This document shows, piece by piece, positions 1 to 6,906 of a stretch of 32,000 nt of DNA (the first letter of the stretch is position 1; each line of letters starts with the position of its first letter). The DNA is from Planctopirus limnophila DSM 3776 (GTDB lineage: Bacteria > Planctomycetota > Planctomycetia > Planctomycetales > Planctomycetaceae): the NCBI RefSeq assembly GCF_000092105.1, contig NC_014148.1, positions 3,210,001-3,242,000 on the forward strand, written 5' to 3'. Made by a program: the position numbers and the translations under genes. The notes beneath the pieces were generated by a model. It saw only the letters and a list, made by a program, of their open reading frames with translations, did not search any database and had not been told where the DNA came from.

Positions 1-263
1 TGGTCAACGTGGACGAGAATCACGTTCTCGCCCAGCGCATTGCGGAAGGCCGACGTCTCGAAGACATCCCTGAGAAACTTCATCGAACCAGGATGCCAGT
101 CACTTCCCGTCACCAGCACGACAATATCGCCCGGCACAGCTTTCGCCATTTCCAGGGCATCACTCAACGTCGGCGCAGTTCTTGTCTCGGCAGCCATCAC
201 GCCTGCTGAAAGAGAGACAATCACCACCAGCAACATAACCAGATTTCGTATCACGGACATCAT
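1..263 (-). CDS. Secreted thioredoxin-fold-like protein, N-terminal part only (gene runs off the left edge)
   Basis: Own translation of the minus strand from ATG ATG at 263: MMSVIRNLVMLLVVIVSLSAGVMAAETRTAPTLSDALEMAKAVPGDIVVLVTGSDWHPGSMKFLRDVFETSAFRNALGENVILVHVD. It has a hydrophobic signal-like N-terminus. The layout VLV-x-GSDW-HPGS-x-F...VILVHVD resembles a thioredoxin fold (xVLVxFxAxWCxxC...VxxVD), but with HPGS in place of CxxC. It is absent from the ORF track because no stop lies inside the window. Confidence 0.5.
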   Translation of the reverse strand, partial: MMSVIRNLVMLLVVIVSLSAGVMAAETRTAPTLSDALEMAKAVPGDIVVLVTGSDWHPGSMKFLRDVFETSAFRNALGENVILVHVD

Positions 264-385
264 GAGCTCTCATCAAGAACGGCAACAAACACCGTCTCAA
301 TATTCCTGGGGAAGTATCAGTAATGACGCTGATCCACGGAGATCAATATCGTCACTTCAATACGCTATATATAATAGCCACCTAA

Positions 386-2848
386 CTACTGAGCAGGCTT
401 CCCGTAGACGTACACACCATTGAGATGGAGAAAGTCTTTGCGACCGTCTGGGTAATCCCCTTCAATTCGCACATATTTGGCAAGTGGCCGGCGTGAAGTC
501 AGGTCAATCTGCCAGACCTTCTCATTCTTGTTCGCTTTATAGACCTGTTGCCAGTTCTTCCCGTCAATTGAGACAGCCACCTTAAATGGAACAGCCCGGG
601 CAGAGTTTCCACCATCAATATTAACAATGGCGATCCCACTGATATTTCCCTGCTTCCCTAACTCTACGACAAGGGCGGGATTCGCTTCCTGATCGGTATG
701 AAACCGCCCTCCCGATTCCTTGAGAATCCCCGCATGCTCCAGAGGTTCATCCCAGCGGCAGGTTGTCGAGATCGCAGGGATACCCCCTTCACTCAGCAGC
801 ACACCACTATAGGGCTTATGAGCCGTCTTGTAGTTCGGTTTAATAAATTTCGCGCCCAATTCAGAAAGTGCATAAAAAGCCGATTTATCTGCTGTCTGCT
901 CGGCCAGCAAGATTCCCTGCCGACACAGACTCTTCAACGCATCTTCACTATTACTTGCAGTGCTTGTGGCGGCTGCAGCTAACCCCGCCAGAAGCCCTTC
1001 TTTCAATGAAACATCTTGAGCGGCCATCTTCTGGCAGGCATCCAGAAAGCGAGCAAAAATCTTATCGTTCGAAATCGTCGTCTGAAGGACATCTCCAAAC
1101 AGGCCAGGCTTTGCCGCCTGATCTCGCTGTTTACCCATCTCTTCGACGATTCGATCCAGAGGCATTTGCATGACCAGATTTTCCACCGGCTTTTCGTAAC
1201 CGGCCAGCCAGATCTTCTGCAAAGCCACACGATCGCTACTTGAAGTTGCCCCCTGGCAAAACCGCTTGATCAGGAGCCAGCTTGTCTCGGGAGTTCGTTG
1301 AAAAGTCGTTACAGCCAATTGAGCGGCTTCACTCTTCACTGCTATCGGTGCATTCTGCTGTTGTAGCAAATCAAAGTATTTCGCCTGAAATCCATAATGG
1401 AACGGATTGGCTATGGTTGCCTGCTTGTAGATTTGTGTTCGTACATTCGTCTCTTCTTGCGGCAAAACTTCGGCGGCCCAGGCCAGATACTGCGCCTCTC
1501 GCAAATTCGGATGCATCCAGGCGGCATCACCTGCAAAGAGGTCCGCCCAATTGGCCTCAAAATAATTCCGATGGGGGGTCCGATGATTCCCATCGACACT
1601 GTTGCCATCGACCCACTTTCCTCGTTCCGGGCGGACGGCAAAAGCGCAATGCCCCGGTTCTCCCATCGTCGTCGCTGGAATTCCATCCGCTTTAGCTGAC
1701 AATGCTCCAGTGGTACTGAGTGATCCACAAACGCCACCCACTCGGACCGTCTTTTGCGTATAGTTCAGCCTTTCGCTCCAGGGCATATAGTACCAGGCCG
1801 ACTGGATAGAATCGCCAAACGGACTATCCCCTAAATAGTGAACCTGCCATGCCGCCGACCTGGCTTCGGTCGGTGAAAAACTGGCGCGATTTCCGATCCA
1901 TGTCAATTCATCAAAGGTGACAGTCGCTGCCACTGCAAACCGCATCTCCCAGATATCGAGCTGAACAAAGCCGGGATGGAGCTTTCCTTGTCGGTTGCGA
2001 TCTCGATAATAACGGTAGATCTGCACGGCATTGACCGGTGTCTGATCCGACATCGCCGTTTCCAATGCGACACTTGTCGCGATTTTCTGTTCCAGAGATG
2101 GCTTTCGAATTTCGGGGTCGAACTCAGCCATGGCCGCCAGAGCCAGTAATCCGGTGACGGGATTCTTAAAGCTGCCAGAACCGACAAACTCTTCCATCCA
2201 TAATGTCTGCGAGAAAAACTCCTTAAGGAAAGCCTGTTCGCTGGGCGACTTCAAAAAAACCAGCAACTCTTTAGGCGAGAACTGACGCAGAATCTCATGG
2301 CGAACCAGTTCCCGCCGAAGTGCTGGTTCTCGTAACCTGGCTGTAAGATTGCTGGCCTCTAATGCTTGAATCTTTCCTCGCAATGCTGACGATTGTGCAG
2401 GAAAATCACTCAGCCACAAATCGACGGCGGGATCAATCGGCTCCACCAGTTTTGCCGTAACCACATGGGAAGAGTGACTACTCTCTGTGCTATCCTGAAT
2501 CGTGTTACTTGCCGCTTTAGCGTCACTCGGACTGCTGGAAACAGCCACGGTCGTTCCAGTGGTCGAGGCCTCAGCACCAGTATTCCCATTAATCACAGGA
2601 ACCACAGCCGCAGTCGAAGCTCCTTCGGCGGACGTTGAAGCAGGTCGCGTCAAAAAAATCAATGCGACGATCACGGCCAGCAGTCCTGCACCTCCCAGAC
2701 CCAGACTAATGGCGAGCAGGTTGGAGTTATTCCCTGTCGATTTGACACTCTTCCTGGCCGAGGATGAAGATGCACCTCGACGCACCTGTGGAGCCTGGCC
2801 GTGGCCATTCTTTTTCGGGCGAGGTGCTGGCGGCAACTTTTGAGACAT
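386..2848 (-). CDS. Single-pass membrane protein with a transglutaminase-like Cys-His-Asp core and a C-terminal F5/8 type C (discoidin) domain
   Basis: The ORF 386..2920 is 844 aa. I prefer the ATG at 2848 (MSQKLPPAPRPKK...), but the longer start at 2920 cannot be excluded. Order of elements: basic N-tail, TM helix LLAISLGLGGAGLLAVIVALIFL (about 2648..2722), Ser/Thr/Ala-rich linker, then GGVCGSLSTTGALSAKADGIPATTMGEPGHCAFAVRPERGKWVDGN (about 1607..1735), which matches the G-x-C...GIPA...H...D pattern of transglutaminase-like cores. The C-terminus NISGIAIVNIDGGNSARAVPFKVAVSIDGKNWQQVY...KYVRIEG (about 395..778) is typical of discoidin / galactose-binding-like domains. Confidence 0.75.
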   Translation of the reverse strand: MSQKLPPAPRPKKNGHGQAPQVRRGASSSSARKSVKSTGNNSNLLAISLGLGGAGLLAVIVALIFLTRPASTSAEGASTAAVVPVINGNTGAEASTTGTTVAVSSSPSDAKAASNTIQDSTESSHSSHVVTAKLVEPIDPAVDLWLSDFPAQSSALRGKIQALEASNLTARLREPALRRELVRHEILRQFSPKELLVFLKSPSEQAFLKEFFSQTLWMEEFVGSGSFKNPVTGLLALAAMAEFDPEIRKPSLEQKIATSVALETAMSDQTPVNAVQIYRYYRDRNRQGKLHPGFVQLDIWEMRFAVAATVTFDELTWIGNRASFSPTEARSAAWQVHYLGDSPFGDSIQSAWYYMPWSERLNYTQKTVRVGGVCGSLSTTGALSAKADGIPATTMGEPGHCAFAVRPERGKWVDGNSVDGNHRTPHRNYFEANWADLFAGDAAWMHPNLREAQYLAWAAEVLPQEETNVRTQIYKQATIANPFHYGFQAKYFDLLQQQNAPIAVKSEAAQLAVTTFQRTPETSWLLIKRFCQGATSSSDRVALQKIWLAGYEKPVENLVMQMPLDRIVEEMGKQRDQAAKPGLFGDVLQTTISNDKIFARFLDACQKMAAQDVSLKEGLLAGLAAAATSTASNSEDALKSLCRQGILLAEQTADKSAFYALSELGAKFIKPNYKTAHKPYSGVLLSEGGIPAISTTCRWDEPLEHAGILKESGGRFHTDQEANPALVVELGKQGNISGIAIVNIDGGNSARAVPFKVAVSIDGKNWQQVYKANKNEKVWQIDLTSRRPLAKYVRIEGDYPDGRKDFLHLNGVYVYGKPAQ

Positions 2849-2978
2849 AGGTATTTTCCAAAGCCAAAATGCGTTTTCAACAGGGGTTGTATGGCTTGAT
2901 CCCCCAAGGCACACAGCCATCGATTATTCACGCGAGCGATCGCTTCGAGGACCTGATCAATACCAGCTTTCGAACTGA

Positions 2979-2993
2979 AAACTTTGAAACCAG
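2979..2993. repeat. 15-nt exact direct repeat AAACTTTGAAACCAG, copy 1
   Basis: Identical 15-mer at 2979..2993 and 3348..3362, both inside the same divergent intergenic region. Confidence 0.6.
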
Positions 2994-3347
2994 CATTCAC
3001 CTCAGCAAACGCTCTTCAATCATGAATCTTCAGAAACAAAAGAGCATTTCCTTGTGCTTACAGTACAGCACATTGACCTTCAGTGCAAACACTTCTTGAG
3101 ACTCTCTCGACATCGTTAAGGTTGTGTTGCTTCAAGAATCTGAGCCTTCGGGTGCATGCATCTCACTTTCCAGAAGATCAGATCCATCGGCCCTCGTCGG
3201 CTATGTTCACGAAATGCCGTAAGCTCAATATGCAGATCGCTCGACAGATTTCCACGACACAACAAGACCATAAGGTGTACACTCATTTGCTCATCGGTCT
3301 TGATGCGACGGGTTTTGTCTTCTGACCGGAAAGAGAACCCTTACCCC

Positions 3348-3362
3348 AAACTTTGAAACCAG
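3348..3362. repeat. 15-nt exact direct repeat AAACTTTGAAACCAG, copy 2 (ends 1 nt before the ATG at 3364)
   Basis: Identical to 2979..2993. It directly abuts the start codon of the DUF2459 gene. Confidence 0.6.
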
Positions 3363-3363
3363 T

Positions 3364-4062
3364 ATGAGTTCCACGATTCCTGCCACCTGGTTTTCAAGAT
3401 TCACCCGCTGGGCCTGGCGACTGGGGAAGTGGACGTTCTTTGGCGCGCTTGCGTATGCCGCCCTGATCGTCATCGGCCTCTTCCCGGTGAACAATGACTT
3501 CAAACCCTCACCAGAGGGAGTCGAAATTTTTGTCGTTTCCACGGAAGTGCATGCCGATCTGATCGTTCCCGTTTCGCACGAGTTAGTCGACTGGTCAGAG
3601 GAATTTGATCCTGCCTGGTTTCCAGGAGATATCAGTCGCTATTCCCATGTGGCCATAGGCTGGGGTGATCGTGGCTTTTTCCTTGATACCCGAACCTGGG
3701 CAGATCTCAAACTTTCAACGGTGATCAATGCCCTCTTCTGGCCTTCCCGCACCTGCCTCCACGTCGATTTGACACAGCCCGAGTACTATACCACTGCGGT
3801 CTCAGTCAAGCTTTCCCGGGATCAGTACCGCGAACTGACGCAATTTATCAAGTCCACGTTCCAGCGAGACCACCAGGGCCGAATCATTCCTATTCCAGGC
3901 TACTCATATAGCCAGACAGACACTTTCTTCGAAGCCCATGGGAGCTACCATCTCTTCAACACCTGCAACTCCTGGGTGGGCCTGGCTCTTCGAAAAGCCG
4001 GTGTCCGCACGCCATGGCAATCAACACTCCCGCACACACCCACACTTTATTTACCGAATTAA
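3364..4062 (+). CDS. DUF2459 / TIGR02117-family conserved hypothetical protein with an N-terminal membrane anchor
   Basis: 232 aa. N-terminal hydrophobic segment WTFFGALAYAALIVIGLF. Motifs EVHADLIVPV, IGWGDRGFF, and C-terminal HLFNTCNSWVGLALRKAGV, which I recognise as the DUF2459 signature (NTCN-W...R-AG). Confidence 0.7.
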   Translation: MSSTIPATWFSRFTRWAWRLGKWTFFGALAYAALIVIGLFPVNNDFKPSPEGVEIFVVSTEVHADLIVPVSHELVDWSEEFDPAWFPGDISRYSHVAIGWGDRGFFLDTRTWADLKLSTVINALFWPSRTCLHVDLTQPEYYTTAVSVKLSRDQYRELTQFIKSTFQRDHQGRIIPIPGYSYSQTDTFFEAHGSYHLFNTCNSWVGLALRKAGVRTPWQSTLPHTPTLYLPN

Positions 4063-4080
4063 TGCCGATTCCAATAAACA

Positions 4081-4122
4081 ACTGCGTGGCGGGTGGCTGG
4101 GGTTGAGTCTTCGAACCCCCAG
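4081..4122. repeat. Intergenic hairpin repeat, family 2 copy (ACTGCGTGGC...TGGGGT-loop-CCCCCAG)
   Basis: ACTGCGTGGC (4081..4090) followed by GGCTGGGGT and the arm CCCCCAG. The same left flank and arms recur at 16311..16349. Confidence 0.55.
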
Positions 4123-4130
4123 CGATTTTC
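4094..4130 (+). terminator. Possible intrinsic terminator downstream of the DUF2459 gene
   Basis: GGCTGGGG (4095..4102) pairs with CCCCCAGC (4116..4123), followed by GATTTTC (T-run 4126..4129). The U-tract is short and alternative pairings exist (see findings). Confidence 0.4.
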
Positions 4131-4273
4131 GGCACGAACTGGGGGTACGCGACGACGTTTGGCCCCAGCCATCCCATTCCAAGGAACGCGATTAAGTCTA
4201 GATTTGGTATCAGTAGCTATAGAATACCGTTAAGCAGTTAGCTCACGATAAGAGCAGGTAAGTCTCAACTCGA

Positions 4274-5527
4274 TCAGGGTGCTGTGCCGACACCACTCGC
4301 TACCCGCCCATGCCGCGACTCTTCATCGGGATGCCGACTGGCGACGACAAGGTATAAACAACCCACCAGAAAGGCGCTGGCCGCGCTGGTCGCGAACATC
4401 CAGAAGAAGCCGGCTTCGTCGATGATCCAGCCCAGAAACGGGGCGAAGACGAGACCGCCAAGATCGGTCATCCCCAGGATGATGGCCGTCCCTGTCCCTC
4501 GGGCCGACACGGGAAAAGCACCTGCTCCCAGCGATACGACAGCCGGAAATAAAATTGCATGCCCAAAGCCACAGATGATCGCGGGTATCAGGAGCTGCCA
4601 GTCCTCTGTCACGAATGGGATCATGAGATGGCCTGCTGTCTGGCCCATCAAGCCACGAAAGAGCATCCACCGCCGACCAATTGTCCAACCCCAGTTCCGC
4701 ACACTGATCCGGAAGCAGAACGCACTGATGGCATAGGCCGAAAAGAAAATCGCAATCCCGTTCAGCCCGCGCTCTGTCGCAAAGCGAGTCAGAAAAACCG
4801 TCGTCACCGTCTGCCCCAGTCCCATCATCATGGCAGCCAGCACCACCGCTCCCGGCCAGTATCGATAAAGCAATCGGACCGCCGACTGCGGCTCCGTCAT
4901 CGGCTCATGATGCCCCGTCTGTGGGAATTGCCGGATGAGCAATAAATAGACCAGACCGATCGCCGCCGCCCCGCCAAAGAGGGCATAAAACTGTTCATGG
5001 AGATCAGGGATCCAGCGCACCACCTGATCAGCAATGTTCGAGCCGATGATCATCCCCACAAACCCGCTACTTCCCAGATTGCCGATCACCTCAGTTCTGC
5101 GGCTGAGTGGCACATGGTTCTGGATGTGTGTCATCGAGCAGGCGAACATCCCCGTCAACCCGGTATAAAACGCGGCTCTGGCGACATAAAGTGGCCAGCC
5201 CAGCCCTGTGGCTAAGAGAAAGACAAGGCTCCCTCCCGTGAATAAAGCCGAACAGAGCGTCCAGACGAGCCGGGTGCCGTAATAATCAATGCTGCTGGAG
5301 AGCACGAGCCGCGCGAGCACAGCGACAATCAAACCCACACTGACGATATTGCCCGTGGTCTGCTCGTTCCCGCCGAGATAGTGAACCAGTTCGGCAAATC
5401 GAAACGTAAGTGCATTGGCCATAACAGCCAGAATGTTTGCCAGGTACGCCAGCCAGAAGACCCGGTCATAGATGTTGTGCTGGGTTTCAGAGAGGCTCGG
5501 GATTGCTGGAGTCTTCGCAGGATTCAT
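4274..5527 (-). CDS. MFS-type transporter
   Basis: 417 aa, hydrophobic throughout with about 12 predicted helices. Two-halves architecture with a central loop (HHEPMTEPQSAVRLLYRYWPG), typical of the major facilitator superfamily. Substrate unknown. Confidence 0.7.
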   Translation of the reverse strand: MNPAKTPAIPSLSETQHNIYDRVFWLAYLANILAVMANALTFRFAELVHYLGGNEQTTGNIVSVGLIVAVLARLVLSSSIDYYGTRLVWTLCSALFTGGSLVFLLATGLGWPLYVARAAFYTGLTGMFACSMTHIQNHVPLSRRTEVIGNLGSSGFVGMIIGSNIADQVVRWIPDLHEQFYALFGGAAAIGLVYLLLIRQFPQTGHHEPMTEPQSAVRLLYRYWPGAVVLAAMMMGLGQTVTTVFLTRFATERGLNGIAIFFSAYAISAFCFRISVRNWGWTIGRRWMLFRGLMGQTAGHLMIPFVTEDWQLLIPAIICGFGHAILFPAVVSLGAGAFPVSARGTGTAIILGMTDLGGLVFAPFLGWIIDEAGFFWMFATSAASAFLVGCLYLVVASRHPDEESRHGRVASGVGTAP

Positions 5528-5744
5528 CTAAACTCGACCCACACCGGCCGTCTTGTTTCGATCATTTCTCACAATGATATCTACATCACGTTATATAGAA
5601 AGTCATGTGGCACGTCCCTGAGGTCTTCCGAAGGGCGTGAACATGAATCTCACAAGACAAAGACCAGGCCCTTTCGCAGTGTTGTGATTTTGGGGCCATC
5701 AGGGTCTTGCCACACCCATCGATCCGACACACTGCGACAAAACG

Positions 5745-6731
5745 TTACTCCAGTCGCTTTGAAGCATCCGTGGGTGTTTTATAAAGCTTGCGATCCAGCC
5801 TCGGTAAAAACAGCGTCCAGTGCGATTCGCCATGCGGGTCTTCAGAAATCGCCCGCATGAACTCATGCAACTTGGCATCGAGGTTATCTAGTAAATGGAG
5901 CGCCATTGCTTCGGGTGTCATCGGTAGACGCGGGCTGCCAAACTCATAGCTTCCATGATGACTCAGAATCAAATGTTTGAGACGCCACGACAATTCTTCA
6001 GGAAACCTTTCTCCCGATAGCTGTTCCGTTTCGCGGATCCGCTCGGAAAGCATCTCGACACCAATCTGCAGATGCCCAATCAACTGTCCTTCATCCGTAT
6101 AGGCAAAGGACGTTTCATAACTCAGTTCGCGAATCTTGCCGATATCGTGCCAGAAGACCCCGGAGACCAGCAGATCTGCATCCAGGGTCGGATAAACCTC
6201 AACCACCTTGCGGGCCAGATCCATCAGCGTGACGACGTGTTCCAGTAATCCCCCATGGTAGGCATGATGAGCCTTGATGCCGGCGGGTGCCTTGGCATAC
6301 TTTTCCATCAGCTCTTCATCGAGCAGGCAGCACTCACACAACGTTCTCAGTGGGACCGACTCGATTTTCAGCAGATGTTCCCGCAAGCGGGACATCAACT
6401 GCTCGATATTTGCTGTCGTTTCCGGCAGAAAGTCGAGCGGATCAATCGTCGCTGCATCGATTGGGTGTGCTCCCGTCAGGATCAATTGCAAGACGCCCTG
6501 AAAAAGCTGCACTTTTCCCCGCACACGCACATACTGACCGGCCTGAATGTGTGCGACCGATTCTTCCGAGACGTTCCACATGCGGCCATTGATTACCCCC
6601 GATTTATCGCGGAGATCGACATTCAGATACAGCGCTGCATTGCGATTGGCACGCAATTGCCGATCTGCCACCAGAAACGTCTCATCAACGTTATCGCCAT
6701 CTTTCAGTTCAAGTATGAGCCGCCTGGCCAT
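5745..6731 (-). CDS. OB-fold + HD-domain phosphohydrolase, YhaM/CbfA-like 3'-5' exoribonuclease family
   Basis: 328 aa. The N-terminal OB-like segment (FLVADRQLRANRNAALYLNVDLRDKSGVINGRMWNV...YVRVRGKVQLFQG) is followed by HD-domain motifs HHAYHGGLLEHV and FWHDIGK...LSHHG. AGGAG lies 5 nt upstream of the ATG. Confidence 0.7.
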   Translation of the reverse strand: MARRLILELKDGDNVDETFLVADRQLRANRNAALYLNVDLRDKSGVINGRMWNVSEESVAHIQAGQYVRVRGKVQLFQGVLQLILTGAHPIDAATIDPLDFLPETTANIEQLMSRLREHLLKIESVPLRTLCECCLLDEELMEKYAKAPAGIKAHHAYHGGLLEHVVTLMDLARKVVEVYPTLDADLLVSGVFWHDIGKIRELSYETSFAYTDEGQLIGHLQIGVEMLSERIRETEQLSGERFPEELSWRLKHLILSHHGSYEFGSPRLPMTPEAMALHLLDNLDAKLHEFMRAISEDPHGESHWTLFLPRLDRKLYKTPTDASKRLE

Positions 6732-6748
6732 GGAACTCCTATCGCAGC

Positions 6749-6781
6749 AAAATTCGGGGGCCGTTCAGTCCCTCACGGCCC
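6749..6781 (-). terminator. Hairpin between metH and the HD/OB nuclease gene (weak terminator or attenuator candidate)
   Basis: The minus strand reads GGGCCGT-GAGGGACTGA-ACGGCCC-CCGAATTTTGC: a 7-bp GC-rich stem, then TTTT 5 nt downstream. It overlaps a second possible stem, GTTCAGT/ACTGAAC (6763..6789). Confidence 0.3.
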
Positions 6782-6906
6782 AACTGAACATCGCAGTCAT
6801 CATCAGGTAAGCATCTCGATTGCCTTGTCGAAGATGGCGGGTTGGCCCGCACATCACAAGTCTAACTCCACGATTTCTCGACTTCCGCCACCCTTTTTAC
6901 GATCCA

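Noticed and set aside
4094-4171. A tRNA-like appearance: 78 nt closed by a 9-bp stem, with TTCGAA inside.
   Set aside because: On neither strand can a 5-7-5 T-arm be placed directly before the 3' acceptor strand, and no D-arm or anticodon-arm register fits. It is better described as a REP-like multi-hairpin.
5662-5677. A 16-nt near-identical motif, GACCAGGCCCTTTCGC, also at 16510..16525 with 1 mismatch.
   Set aside because: My rough estimate gives several such 15-of-16 matches by chance in a window this size. The flanking similarity is patchy and not collinear.
6648-6662. A sigma-54-like motif, TGGCACGCAATTGC.
   Set aside because: The GG-to-GC spacing is one nucleotide short of the -24/-12 consensus. 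It also lies inside and antisense to the HD/OB nuclease CDS. TGGCAC occurrences at 14870 and 10921 also have the wrong spacing.
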